64,000 nucleotides of DNA from Promethearchaeia archaeon (GTDB taxonomy: Archaea; Asgardarchaeota; Lokiarchaeia; Sigyniarchaeales; SOKP01). Under the pieces are notes generated by a model, which had not been told where the DNA came from, did no database searches, and was given only the letters and a program-made list of their open reading frames with translations. A program made the position numbers and the translations under genes. Location of the stretch: NCBI GenBank assembly GCA_029856105.1, contig JAHQWH010000002.1, positions 1 through 64,000 of the forward strand. Reading direction: 5' to 3'. Positions 41,123 to 51,786 of this stretch are shown one piece after another. Within the stretch, counting starts at the first letter, position 1, and every line of letters starts with the position of its first letter.

Positions 41123-41142
41123 GCTCATAAAAATCCTCTAGA

Positions 41143-41997
41143 TTATTGTATGGATTTCTCTTCATTTAATTTCTTATCTATTAATTCACGCATGTACACG
41201 AATCCAGGAGTTATCTTTTCGCTTAACTCAAGGGGAATTAACTGTCTTAACGGAAATTTTAAACCTTGATTTTTTCCGGATTTAAATAAATTATCATGTA
41301 GATAAAATACATAATTCGCTGGCATGCCGATTGCCAGTTCATGATCTTGAATACCCGCAAAAGACCTATCACCCGCACCAGGGAGGACTATTTGAGTTTT
41401 GTTTAGTATGAACGGTATGAACCCTCCCTTTCCACATGATTCCCCGAATCCCTCAAAAGAAGAGTTAATTACATATTTTTTCTTATGTTCAAAAGTTAAC
41501 GCATGTATAATGTAAGTTAGTTGTGTTCCATTTGCATATATTAATATCGTATCTGGAACGATTGCAGTTTCAGTTAAAGGTGAACAGACTAGTCCACGAT
41601 ATCCTAAAGCCATTGCATTCTTAAAATTTTTATCATATATCCGTTCTGCTCTCCGTGTTTCAGATTGGACATCTTTGTGCCACCCTTGACGTACCTGGCT
41701 TTCAATAAACTCCTCTTTAGAGATATTGACCCATCCATGGCCTACAGTTGCGGGAGTGCAGAAATTATCTGCTGCGGTGATACATAACTTTTCTCCAAAA
41801 CGACGAGCTTGCGTAAAAGCTTGACAAATTGACATCTTTTTTCCAGAAGCTATCGGTCTTCTATATCCCTCAGGAATTTCTGTATTAATATCTTTTATAT
41901 ACTTTATTGCAACTGGATACGTAGCAAGATGTAGCTTGTGGAATATATCTTCCCCTACTTTTTGATAATCTTCTATACTTCTTACCATTTTTTTCAC
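41143..41997 (-). CDS. DUF169 family protein
   Basis: PVAIK, SICQA...AR, C, PD.ILIY, ESC, PGAGDR.FAG. Confidence 0.8.
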   Translation of the reverse strand: MKKMVRSIEDYQKVGEDIFHKLHLATYPVAIKYIKDINTEIPEGYRRPIASGKKMSICQAFTQARRFGEKLCITAADNFCTPATVGHGWVNISKEEFIESQVRQGWHKDVQSETRRAERIYDKNFKNAMALGYRGLVCSPLTETAIVPDTILIYANGTQLTYIIHALTFEHKKKYVINSSFEGFGESCGKGGFIPFILNKTQIVLPGAGDRSFAGIQDHELAIGMPANYVFYLHDNLFKSGKNQGLKFPLRQLIPLELSEKITPGFVYMRELIDKKLNEEKSIQ

Positions 41998-42011
41998 TTT
42001 ATTTTATTTTT

Positions 42012-43157
42012 TTATTTATTTATTTTTTCTGCGATACAACCAGAACTAACGATTTTATTATAGCTTTCTTTCTTATCTTTCATAGTTGCACCACAAACAA
42101 GTTGACAAAAACCGCAGCTTGGTCTAAAATCTTCTGCATGTTTATTATTACGTCCTATAAAGCTATTCTCAACTAATCTATATACATTTTCAGCTTCCAA
42201 CCCCCCTTTCTCAACTCCTTTAGCAAACATATTTTGAACGCACTCTATAACAGTATCATCAAGAGGGAGTTTCTCTATGTCATCAAAACGAAAAGGTGAC
42301 CATGTTGACCAATCTTTGAATTTATTCTGCCCCGCCATACCACTACATATCGCAATACAATAGGCGTAATTATTTCTTTTAGCGATGGTTTCTTCGATTC
42401 CAGCAATAACTATAGTTTGCTCTTCGTCTTTTGCAAAAAGCCCTCCCTGGCACGATTTTTCACATAATTTACACATGACGCAAGGATTTTTTTCTAGCGG
42501 TTTATCAGGTTTTAGTTTGATGTCCGTGATAATTGAATTTAACAAGATTCTTGCACCAAATTTTTCAGTTATTAGGTTTCCGCTCCATCCAATTCTTCCC
42601 AATCCGGCTGCCTCAGCAACGCATCTATGAGATAACGAAGGCATTAAATTCATGGGAGTTTTTCTTAAACCGGGGATTAGCGCATTTTTTAAAAACTTTA
42701 ACGATTTTTCTTCTTGTTTGTTTAGCTCAATGTTCTCGTCCTTTTGTTTATTTATTAAATCAATTAACGTTCTTAAAGAAGATACGATAGTTGTTTTACT
42801 TTTCTTATTGACGTTTCTATAATCGTAATTGCAGTCACAGTTTACGGCTTTAAAACCTTTCTCTTCAAGGAATATTTTTATTATCTCAGCAATCCTTTTT
42901 AGGTTTTTAGTTGTAACACCTTCTTCAAGACATAATGCCATTTGGTCTTCTTTCGAAAGATATTTTTCAACTACTTCGTCGTTAAAATTTATTGCGATAC
43001 TGATTACTGAATTGGCACCAGGCAATAAAAAGTTGGGATTTGAAAACTCCTTATCGCTTATACTTTCTGCAGAACAAATGCCTACTAAGGCGGCACCTTC
43101 ACTTAATGCTAATTTTTTAAGTTGCTCTTCAATAGAAGAATTTCCTGTTTCGATCAT
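42012..43157 (-). CDS. QueG/reductive-dehalogenase-like Fe-S (cobalamin-type) reductase
   Basis: GAALVGI, SHRCVAEAAGLGRIGWSG, FGARI.L.SIITD, CVMCKLCEKSC, CGFCQLVC. Confidence 0.75.
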   Translation of the reverse strand: MIETGNSSIEEQLKKLALSEGAALVGICSAESISDKEFSNPNFLLPGANSVISIAINFNDEVVEKYLSKEDQMALCLEEGVTTKNLKRIAEIIKIFLEEKGFKAVNCDCNYDYRNVNKKSKTTIVSSLRTLIDLINKQKDENIELNKQEEKSLKFLKNALIPGLRKTPMNLMPSLSHRCVAEAAGLGRIGWSGNLITEKFGARILLNSIITDIKLKPDKPLEKNPCVMCKLCEKSCQGGLFAKDEEQTIVIAGIEETIAKRNNYAYCIAICSGMAGQNKFKDWSTWSPFRFDDIEKLPLDDTVIECVQNMFAKGVEKGGLEAENVYRLVENSFIGRNNKHAEDFRPSCGFCQLVCGATMKDKKESYNKIVSSGCIAEKINK

Positions 43158-43198
43158 TGTTAACCATTGTGTATTTTCTTTATTTATTTATTTTTTAA

Positions 43199-44737
43199 TT
43201 AAGACAAAGCTTCTCTTTTAGGATAACGACTTTGTGCTTTAAGATTTTCAAATAATAACTGTTCGATTAATTGATAACGTAAATCTTTATATTTTTCGTC
43301 ATACCATAAATTGGTTAATTCCCACGGATCGTTTTTTCGATCGTATAAATCTCCGTATCCCGGGACGCTTTCGTCAATCGATAATTTATAATCATCAGTG
43401 ACGAGATGCCTTACTCTTATCTTTATATTAAAATTATCTAATTCTTCGTCATGTTCGATGAAACAACACTCCCTCACTTTAGCGTTAGGGGCTCTTAGGA
43501 CGGGAGTAATATCTACACCTAACATGTCTGGCGGGTGCTTTTTTTTATTGATTTTCAAAAGGGTCAAAATTGTTTTAGAAATATCAAGCGAACTCACGAG
43601 AGAATCAGATACACCCGTTTCTGTAACGCCTGGCACTTTCCAAATCATGGGAACATTTAATGGGCCCTTGCAAGGAGAAGGACCTTTTAAAATTAACCCG
43701 TGCTCCCCCATATTTTCCCCATGATCTGCCGTATAAATAACAATCGTGTTATCTGCCAGCCCTAACTTTTCTAGCATGTTTAAGATTTGACCGATTCCGT
43801 CATCAATCATGGCAATAGAACCATAAGTTCCAGCTGTGAATTTTCTAACTTCTTCTTCATCTGCAATTTTTAATATCATTGCTCGGAAAAACGGGATATT
43901 TAACCGCGGTCCTAACGATGGATGGTTCTTTAAATTCTCCAAATTGTTAAAATTTCCAGGAAGTTCAATATCTTCGGGTTTGTAAAGGTCTTTATACTTA
44001 CCTGGAGGGCAGACAGGGTGGTGTGGGTCAGGATAAGAAACATTTAAGAAAAACGGCTTTTCACCATAATCTCCGTTCGCATACCTCTCAAGAAAGGCAA
44101 TGGATCTTTCTGTAATGTAAGATGTAGGATAATACTTTTCAGGTATGTCTGTATCGTACATAGGTTTAGTATACATTCTCGTTTTAGATTTCTTTCTTAT
44201 TGCTTCAATACATTCAGGTGCGTTTTCCTCCAACCAATCGAAATAATGTCCAGTGCACACATCTCCATGACCAATTACCAATTCTACTTCTTGAAACCCA
44301 TAATAAGGTATTGGAAGTTCCTTTTTCATTTTCGCGCGACCTTCGTCAGTACGCATCCAATGACTTGCGCTTTCAAAAGATTTAGCACCTTTAACTAGGT
44401 TTTTGAGCATAAATTGCAAATGAATCTTTCCTATTTGGACGGTATGATAACCGCTATTTAATAATGTTTCGGTAAAAGTAGGGACATTCATTGGCAAATT
44501 AATTCCAGCAGTACGAGCACCATGCATGTTGGGATATAATCCCGTAAATATACTAGATCTATTCGGCATGCAGATAGGATTCGCAACAAACGCAGAAGTA
44601 AATCGAACGCCCTTATTTGCTAACTTATCAAGGTTAGGGGTTTTTAATATAGGATTTCCAGCACAACTCATGTGATCTGCCCTATGCTGATCACAAATGA
44701 TAAATAAGACATTCATTCTTTCATTCATAACAATCAA
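43199..44737 (-). CDS. Formylglycine-dependent sulfatase
   Basis: IICDQHR, CMPNRSSIFTG (CxPxR), GKIH, PDPHHP, ADHG. Confidence 0.93.
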   Translation of the reverse strand: MIVMNERMNVLFIICDQHRADHMSCAGNPILKTPNLDKLANKGVRFTSAFVANPICMPNRSSIFTGLYPNMHGARTAGINLPMNVPTFTETLLNSGYHTVQIGKIHLQFMLKNLVKGAKSFESASHWMRTDEGRAKMKKELPIPYYGFQEVELVIGHGDVCTGHYFDWLEENAPECIEAIRKKSKTRMYTKPMYDTDIPEKYYPTSYITERSIAFLERYANGDYGEKPFFLNVSYPDPHHPVCPPGKYKDLYKPEDIELPGNFNNLENLKNHPSLGPRLNIPFFRAMILKIADEEEVRKFTAGTYGSIAMIDDGIGQILNMLEKLGLADNTIVIYTADHGENMGEHGLILKGPSPCKGPLNVPMIWKVPGVTETGVSDSLVSSLDISKTILTLLKINKKKHPPDMLGVDITPVLRAPNAKVRECCFIEHDEELDNFNIKIRVRHLVTDDYKLSIDESVPGYGDLYDRKNDPWELTNLWYDEKYKDLRYQLIEQLLFENLKAQSRYPKREALS

Positions 44738-44963
44738 ATAACAGAAGTAATATACAATTTAAAAAACTAATTAGGGTGATATTTTCATTACGGCATCGTC
44801 TGATAAATATTCGCTTTTTTCCTTACATTCTTCTTGTAATTTTTATAGAACAAATGTTTATGTTTAGGATTCATTTTATCGAATTCTTAAAAAGATATTG
44901 TATGGTTCAAGTATTTATACTTTTTTTCTTTATGTCGTCTTTTTAATTTTTAATGGAACACAT

Positions 44964-45050
44964 ATGAGAGTAATGCCTTCAAATGAACCTCATGCACTCA
45001 AGACCATTGAGAAGTTTAAAATAATGCTCAACATGATAAAATCTGATTAA
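44964..45050 (+). pseudogene. Possible remnant of a small cupin gene (C-terminal 28 aa)
   Basis: MRVMPSNEPHALKTIEKFKIMLNMIKSD* resembles cupin motif 2 (MPANxPHAL...FKMLL). Confidence 0.4.
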
Positions 45051-45151
45051 ATGTTAAAATAATTATTCTTTATTTTTATAATTGTCAACTTTACATAGGA
45101 AATACTATTTACTTAGTCATTATATATGAAAATTTACTATGTGATTGATTT

Positions 45152-45988
45152 ATGAGAATGAAAAATGAAATAGCAATTATAACTGGTTCCACTAGTGGTA
45201 TAGGGAAAAAGTTAGCAGAATTATTTCTCAAGGAAGGTGCCAAAGTTGCTATTTGCTCAAGAAGTGAGGATAAAGTTAACAAAACTTTAGCTGAATTTAA
45301 AGAAAAATTTGGAAATAACGTTATTGGTGCTGTGTGCGATGTTTCAGACCCTATAGCAGTTAAAAATATTGTTGATAAAACGATTGAAGCATTTGGTGGA
45401 GTTCGCATCTTAGTAGCGTGTGCGGGACTCAATCTTACTTACGGACCTTTTGAATATCTTTCTTTAGAAAGAGTTAATCAAGATGCTAATAAAGTAATCG
45501 GTGCTAACTTGATTGGAACTATTAATTCAATCTCTGCGGTAATCCCCCAAATGAAAAAACAAGGATATGGAAGGATTATCTCATTAGGAGGAGGGGGCGC
45601 AGATCGCCCATTAGAACACATGACGATATATTCCGCTTCAAAAGGAGGTGTGATCGCATTTTCAAAATGCCTTGCAGAAGAATTTAAGCAAAATCCATAT
45701 GATGTTAAAATAAACATTTTCATGCCTGGTATGATAAATACAAATTTAATGAGAAATTCGCAAGTAATTAAAGAATGGAAAGATGAAGATGAATTTCAAA
45801 AAGAATTAGACTTAATTATGAAACATGTGGCAACTGACATAGAAGAGAGTTGTAGCAATGTCATCCCTTTTGTTTTACACAGTTGTAAATCTAATGGAAA
45901 AGTATTCAGAGGATTTTCGATAATTAAACTTATAAAAGGGTTTCGCAAGGTTGCTAAAGTCAGGAAAAAGATGGAAAAATCTCAATAA
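45152..45988 (+). CDS. Short-chain dehydrogenase/reductase
   Basis: ITGSTSGIG, YSASK, PGMINT. Confidence 0.92.
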   Translation: MRMKNEIAIITGSTSGIGKKLAELFLKEGAKVAICSRSEDKVNKTLAEFKEKFGNNVIGAVCDVSDPIAVKNIVDKTIEAFGGVRILVACAGLNLTYGPFEYLSLERVNQDANKVIGANLIGTINSISAVIPQMKKQGYGRIISLGGGGADRPLEHMTIYSASKGGVIAFSKCLAEEFKQNPYDVKINIFMPGMINTNLMRNSQVIKEWKDEDEFQKELDLIMKHVATDIEESCSNVIPFVLHSCKSNGKVFRGFSIIKLIKGFRKVAKVRKKMEKSQ

Positions 45989-46016
45989 TTTTATGAGAGA
46001 GCAAAATTTCGCTAAC

Positions 46017-46775
46017 TTAGCTTGTCTTTTTGAAAGCTAAAATCCCTCCAAATTGATTAAAACGATCCACTGCAGGATTTTCTATTGATATTGTCTTTGT
46101 TATAATTCCCTTATTTTTCGCGATTTGTATGAGGCGATGGATACGATTCTTATTTTTTTGGTTGTTAATGAAATCTTCCGTTACGATTAAGAAATCTAGC
46201 TTTTCTGCTGCGGACTTGTCTTTTTTGCCCCTTCCATAAATGAGAGCTTCAATATCTACCAAACTATACAACAGTAATCTGTTAGGATCACCGATGTTGA
46301 TTATTTTTTCTAGCTGTTTAGCTAATAGATTTATTTCGTCAGATGTAGTTTCGTGAATAATATGTAGTGATTTCTCCTGAGAAATTAAAAATTTAGCACT
46401 TTCTATATTATTAGCATTTCCAACAATCTCACCAAAACTTACTCGATTATATCCCTTAGTGCGAACTAACCACTGATGATGTTTATTAATATGATTTAAA
46501 AAGATGGTTGAATAATCCTTTTTCTGTGGGCTTGCTAATAAAATGCTCTTTAATCCATCTCTAATAACAAGTCGAATGAGATTTACTAATTCTTCAAGTA
46601 CATGATATATTTGCTTATCATCCAAGTATTTCCATTTGCGAGTTAATTTGATAGTTTTATAAACTCTTAAAGAATGACTATACGCTTTCCAAGTATGAAT
46701 TTCTTTTTCGTCAAAACCAATTAATAGTGCCACTAAAAATCCACGTTTTGGTCTTTTTTTCATTTTTTTTTCCAT
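46017..46775 (-). CDS. Divergent pelota/eRF1 domain 2-3-like protein
   Basis: ILLASP, FLIVTE, C-terminal ENPAVDRFNQFGGILAF resembles the eRF1/pelota domain-3 end. Confidence 0.55.
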   Translation of the reverse strand: MEKKMKKRPKRGFLVALLIGFDEKEIHTWKAYSHSLRVYKTIKLTRKWKYLDDKQIYHVLEELVNLIRLVIRDGLKSILLASPQKKDYSTIFLNHINKHHQWLVRTKGYNRVSFGEIVGNANNIESAKFLISQEKSLHIIHETTSDEINLLAKQLEKIINIGDPNRLLLYSLVDIEALIYGRGKKDKSAAEKLDFLIVTEDFINNQKNKNRIHRLIQIAKNKGIITKTISIENPAVDRFNQFGGILAFKKTS

Positions 46776-46954
46776 TTCATGATTAATTCAACTAATATCA
46801 TTTTAGTTAGTGGTTCTTCTTGTTTAAAATTATGAGATTGAAATTAAGACATTTTTATTAAATCCTAAAAAATGTGATCATTTAAACTTCTACTTTAAGA
46901 TTATTTGGAATTATCTCGCTCTTTTTAAAATGATTTAAATTATATCTCGTTTTA

Positions 46955-47509
46955 TTGAGATTAAGTCTAAACCAAATCCAGTTAGAATATATAATGACTT
47001 TATTTGATAAACTTGATAAACTTGAGTTAAAAGAACTTCTTGTTAAATGTTGGATGACTCATGATGGCGCGTGGTTTTATAACACGGTAAAAGAATATGG
47101 AATCGATGCAGCAAACAAGCTAAATAAAGGAGCTATTAGAAATTTATCTGTCTTGGAAATGAAAAGAATTCGGAAAGCGTTGGGAATGGAAAATGTTAAG
47201 ATCACTACTTTCGAGCAACTTAAAAAATTCATTGATGATGGTTTTAGCATTTTAAAAGGAGGCTTCATGAAGTTTCAATATACTTTCCCCGAAACTAACC
47301 GAATGCATTGGGAAATGGATAAATGTTTCGCGTTTGAAGGTATGAAAATGATCGGAATAAAGCAAGGTTATGAATGTGGCGTCATCTATCGTGTTTGCTG
47401 TTGGTTAGATGCATTAGAAATTAAATATGAATTAAAACCTAAGATTAATGAATGTTCATTATACTCCCAAGAAAAATGTGTTGGAGATATCATAGTTATA
47501 TTAGATTAA
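46955..47509 (+). CDS. DUF6125-like protein
   Basis: KCWMTHDGAWF...GIDAANKLN, conserved Cys; the true start is probably the internal ATG (MTLFDK). Confidence 0.6.
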   Translation: MRLSLNQIQLEYIMTLFDKLDKLELKELLVKCWMTHDGAWFYNTVKEYGIDAANKLNKGAIRNLSVLEMKRIRKALGMENVKITTFEQLKKFIDDGFSILKGGFMKFQYTFPETNRMHWEMDKCFAFEGMKMIGIKQGYECGVIYRVCCWLDALEIKYELKPKINECSLYSQEKCVGDIIVILD

Positions 47510-47647
47510 AAAATACACTTAGATTTATTTACTCTCTTGAGATATATTTTCTCTTGTTTCTCTTATAGAAAATTAAAAAAAGAAAGGTTGAAATGCTGAT
47601 TTATTTTTCATAATAAATTTAATAAATAAAAAAAATATAAAAAAATC

Positions 47648-48610
47648 TTAATTTACTCCTAAAGGATCATCTAACTGGCCCCTAATATTGAATTTTTCTG
47701 CCCATTTTAGCGTAAATCTTTTTCTTCTTTCATATGTTAAATCCTGAATTATATTGACTGGGATCATGAAAAGAGTAATTACGAATGGAATTATTGGCCA
47801 TACCATGACATTTATGATATAAATAGCTAAACTTAACCCTTCAAGCATAGAGAAAAAAGATATTATCAGTTTAACCAGACTAATTATAACCGAAATACCA
47901 GCATACCCTTTCAGATAGTATAAATAGAAACCACCCATTGACTTGAGTTCGGTAGGAAAGGAACCACGAAGTACTTTTTTCTGGTTCTTATTAGTGTATT
48001 CAATTCCCGAATCAAGTAAAAAATAAGTTGCTGAAAACACACCAATTCCTATTCCAGATGCAATTGGAAAAAGAAATAATAATGTAAGAATTTGAAGTAG
48101 AGCGTTTTCAGCAAGCATAAAAGTATCCGCAAAAATAAACTCTTGAATAATGATCTCATCACTGAGAAGAATCCCGATATTAAATGCTAATAATGCAGGA
48201 AATAAGGAACTTAGAAAAGCACCCTTAAACTCTTTAGGTCTACGCATTTCCTTAATACCATATACTAGATTTCGACCTAAAATCTTTTTATGGATAAACA
48301 TGAATAGAGGTGTGAAAAGATAACCCCCTATAATAAATCCTATAATACATGCGATTGGAATCGATAAAAATATTATTGCTGTATCAATAGCAAGGTTATT
48401 GGTTAATACATCATATACTTCCAATGTTCCCAAAAGGCCTGCATTAATGACTAACATCGTGCAAAATAAAACTATAAAAATAATCCAGATTATCAGCCAT
48501 TTCTTATATCTTAATAATGAACTAAAAAATTTACTCTCCATTAATACACTCATCCTGTAATATAGTATAGGGAGAAATATTCGGGAATATATATATATGT
48601 TATATGGCAT
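47648..48610 (-). CDS. Multi-pass membrane protein, unknown function
   Basis: About 6 hydrophobic segments; LLDSGI and GYAGIS motifs. Confidence 0.6.
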   Translation of the reverse strand: MPYNIYIYSRIFLPILYYRMSVLMESKFFSSLLRYKKWLIIWIIFIVLFCTMLVINAGLLGTLEVYDVLTNNLAIDTAIIFLSIPIACIIGFIIGGYLFTPLFMFIHKKILGRNLVYGIKEMRRPKEFKGAFLSSLFPALLAFNIGILLSDEIIIQEFIFADTFMLAENALLQILTLLFLFPIASGIGIGVFSATYFLLDSGIEYTNKNQKKVLRGSFPTELKSMGGFYLYYLKGYAGISVIISLVKLIISFFSMLEGLSLAIYIINVMVWPIIPFVITLFMIPVNIIQDLTYERRKRFTLKWAEKFNIRGQLDDPLGVN

Positions 48611-48692
48611 TCATTTGAAAAAATTATATTCTCTTAGATAAAATAAAAAATAATTGAATATATTGTTGAAATTTACTACAAATAGCATCGAT

Positions 48693-49907
48693 CTAAGCTT
48701 GTTTTAGAAGTGAAGAGATGTAATCCCATTTTTTGTTAATCTTATCGGAAGTTCTTAATCGATTAAATATTTTATATTCGAAAGCCCCAATAAGATTATA
48801 CATAGATTTCACTTGTTTATATACTTCAAATTCTTCAAAGCTGTTTTTGTAATAATCTATATTTTCAGAGCTCCATACAATTTCCTCCTCTTTCATTTTC
48901 TTTGTTAAATTTTCAACCCAGAAGTCTGACATCGCCATTGAATAGTACAACCCTGAAGATCCAAACGGATTAATAAATCCTGCACTATCTCCAATAAGAA
49001 CAACACCGGGACATGGAATCAAATTTTCGACCATTTTAGCGTTTGATATATATGTTAATTCCTCGTAATCAATTTTAGCCTCCTTAAAAAACTCACTAAA
49101 TCCTGGAAAATCTTTCTTCAAATTTTCCCAAACCATCAAGATTTCGTCATGATCAGGTATTTTAACGGTTTTCATTTGAGGTACTTGTGCCATTCGCAAC
49201 ATTAAACCCACTTCTGCTCTTTTATTCTCTAATGGAAATACATACGCAATACTTTGAGGAAAGTTAGGGGCGTAATCCAAATCACCGTTCCCTATGAAAA
49301 AGAATTGTAAATCTGGAGTTTCGCTAATATCTATGTTAGCTTTGCTAATTAAGCATTTCATTATGGGACAATTTATCTCTTCGTCGTAAGGAACTCCATA
49401 ATGGCTTCCAATAACGCCAGAATATCCACTGCAATCTAAAATTGCGTTTCCATATACTTCATTAAGATCTCCATTCTTATCTTTAAATTTTACACCAATA
49501 ATAAAACCCTTTTTCTCAATCGGTTTTGTAACCTCAGCGTTTAAAAGGATGTCAACTCCTAACTCGCTTGCAATTTCTACAAATCTATCGATAAATTTTC
49601 TCCATTCGAAAAAATAATGGTCGTATTCGCGGTAGGTCGTTGTTGTTTGTAAATTTCCAGGAGAATGCCAAACTCTTCCTCCGTTGGATTTAATTCCTAT
49701 AGAAGGTAAGAAGTTCTTTCCTAGAATAATATCAACAATAGGATAGTGGCCCATTCCTTCACCACGAGGTTTTGGTCCAGCGAGTTCACCTTTTTCTAAA
49801 ATAACAGCTTTAAATCCTTTCCTTGCTGCCACGATGCCCGCAGTTAATCCAGCTGGTCCAGCTCCAACGATTACAAAATCGTAATTCTTTGAATTTTTTA
49901 TACTCAT
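48693..49907 (-). CDS. Geranylgeranyl reductase-family FAD oxidoreductase
   Basis: VGAGPAG, YVFP, IGDSAGFINPFGSSG. Confidence 0.85.
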   Translation of the reverse strand: MSIKNSKNYDFVIVGAGPAGLTAGIVAARKGFKAVILEKGELAGPKPRGEGMGHYPIVDIILGKNFLPSIGIKSNGGRVWHSPGNLQTTTTYREYDHYFFEWRKFIDRFVEIASELGVDILLNAEVTKPIEKKGFIIGVKFKDKNGDLNEVYGNAILDCSGYSGVIGSHYGVPYDEEINCPIMKCLISKANIDISETPDLQFFFIGNGDLDYAPNFPQSIAYVFPLENKRAEVGLMLRMAQVPQMKTVKIPDHDEILMVWENLKKDFPGFSEFFKEAKIDYEELTYISNAKMVENLIPCPGVVLIGDSAGFINPFGSSGLYYSMAMSDFWVENLTKKMKEEEIVWSSENIDYYKNSFEEFEVYKQVKSMYNLIGAFEYKIFNRLRTSDKINKKWDYISSLLKQA

Positions 49908-50023
49908 AATTTAAAAATATGAATAGAATAAATTAATCATTTTTGATGCAGATGCAAAGAACGATAAACAAATAGAAATTTCTTTTTATGAGGAAAATAT
50001 AATTTTTAATACTTTAACCATTA

Positions 50024-51232
50024 ATGTATATATTTATAATAAAAAAACTGATAATGAAAATGTTTGACGTTGTTATATCGGGGGCGGGACCCGCCGGCTC
50101 TAAATCTGCTCAAATATTAGCTGAAGGTGGGTTTGAGGTCGCTTTAATCGAAAAAGATATTAACTGGCGAAAACCTTGCGGTGGTGCTGTTAGCTCAAGA
50201 ATCTTTAAATATTACCCTCAACTGCGAAAGTTAAATTATCCACCTAATACTGGAGTAACTATATATTCTGGGGATTATCGTAAGATTAAATACTCGTGGA
50301 AAAATATTAGAGATTATTCGATAAATGTAGATCGCTTAGAATTTGATAATTTTGTAAGGAATATCGCTATAGAAGCTGGAGCTCAATTGTTTAACAAAAA
50401 TATATCTTACGACTTTGTAACTAAAAATAGTCGCAGAGTTGGGATCAAAACAAAAACCCCCTCGGGGACAAAGGAATATCTTGGAAAAATTTTAATTATA
50501 GCGGACGGTATGAGCTCTAAATTAGCGCCCAAATCGGGTTTGAAAGGAAAGTGGAAAATTGACGAAATAGGACTATGCAAGTGTGCTATAATGGAAGGGG
50601 AAAATTTATTAGATAAGGATTCAATTTCCTTATTTTTTAGAGCGTATAAAGGCTATGGCTGGATATTCCCTATAGATGACAAACGCTTTAACATTGGATG
50701 TGGCACGTGGTTAGACGAAAATTTGAATTCTAATCTAAATCAAATATATACGGAATTTTTAAACGACCCTCACATTAAGAAGTTTTTTCCTAAATCACAT
50801 TATAAAGAGATATGGAATGGTGCTTATCCAATTCCCGCATTAGGCGTGAAAGAGAAAAGTTTATACGGAGATAATATTATGATTATTGGAGATGCAGCAG
50901 GTTTTGTTTCTCCTATAAGCGGCGAAGGGATTCATCCTAGCATAGTATCTGGAAAATGTGCTGCTGAAACCGCTATTGAAGCCTTGAAGAACGACGATAT
51001 ATCTAAACAAAGCTTGAAAAAGTACAAACAACATCCTAACATTAAAAAAATAATTAGAAATTTTAAAATGAAAGTTTCTATGGTTGAATTTCTTTTCGAA
51101 AATAAAGGTCAGAATCTTTCAAAAATGTTTGAACTAGCAGACACAGACGATAAAATAAGAGAAGAAGTCATTAATATGTTCTTATTTTCCATACCACCAT
51201 CTAAAGAATTGCTTTTAAAAATCCAATCTTAA
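50024..51232 (+). CDS. Geranylgeranyl reductase-family FAD oxidoreductase
   Basis: GAGPAG, KPCGG, GYGWIFP, GDAAGFVSPISGEGI. Confidence 0.9.
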   Translation: MYIFIIKKLIMKMFDVVISGAGPAGSKSAQILAEGGFEVALIEKDINWRKPCGGAVSSRIFKYYPQLRKLNYPPNTGVTIYSGDYRKIKYSWKNIRDYSINVDRLEFDNFVRNIAIEAGAQLFNKNISYDFVTKNSRRVGIKTKTPSGTKEYLGKILIIADGMSSKLAPKSGLKGKWKIDEIGLCKCAIMEGENLLDKDSISLFFRAYKGYGWIFPIDDKRFNIGCGTWLDENLNSNLNQIYTEFLNDPHIKKFFPKSHYKEIWNGAYPIPALGVKEKSLYGDNIMIIGDAAGFVSPISGEGIHPSIVSGKCAAETAIEALKNDDISKQSLKKYKQHPNIKKIIRNFKMKVSMVEFLFENKGQNLSKMFELADTDDKIREEVINMFLFSIPPSKELLLKIQS

Positions 51233-51367
51233 TTTTATAGCATTTGTTACTTCGCAATTTTTTCTTAGATTTTTTTTGAAAAAGAATTTATTAATGATGG
51301 AGAATAGTTATATATACATTTTTGGCAATAATTCAAAAATGTGAAATCTATTTAGAGGTGAAATTAA

Positions 51368-51688
51368 ATGGTAATAGTTATTATGAAATTAATTCAAAGA
51401 GTAGCAAATGGTAAATGGGATGATTTAGAAGAGATTGATAAAAAATGCACTGAACTTGAGGAAAAATTAGGTTATCCTCCAAAAAAGCGATACCGTAGTC
51501 TATTCGGGGCTTACGATAATAACGTAATTATTATTGAAAGAGAGTGGCAAAGCTTATCAAAAATGGAAAAAGTTATGACTAAAGGTTTCTTAGACCCTGA
51601 ATTAACAAAATTATATGAAAAAGTAGATTCAATTATTGAATGGACAAAAACAGAATTGTATGTGCCTCATCCACCATTTCCTGAATAA
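51368..51688 (+). CDS. Small hypothetical protein (NIPSNAP/dimeric alpha-beta barrel-like)
   Basis: GAGGTGA SD upstream; IIIEREWQSLSKME pattern. Confidence 0.5.
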   Translation: MVIVIMKLIQRVANGKWDDLEEIDKKCTELEEKLGYPPKKRYRSLFGAYDNNVIIIEREWQSLSKMEKVMTKGFLDPELTKLYEKVDSIIEWTKTELYVPHPPFPE

Positions 51689-51786
51689 AGAATATTTCTA
51701 GAACTTCAATTCTCCTTCTTTTTTTTTTTTATATTGCGATGAAATAATGTTTAAAGGGTTTATTATCTTTATCCAATTAAAGAACT

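Noticed and set aside
42012-43157. Respiratory reductive dehalogenase rdhA
   Set aside because: No twin-arginine leader and no rdhB membrane anchor; kept only as QueG/RdhA-like
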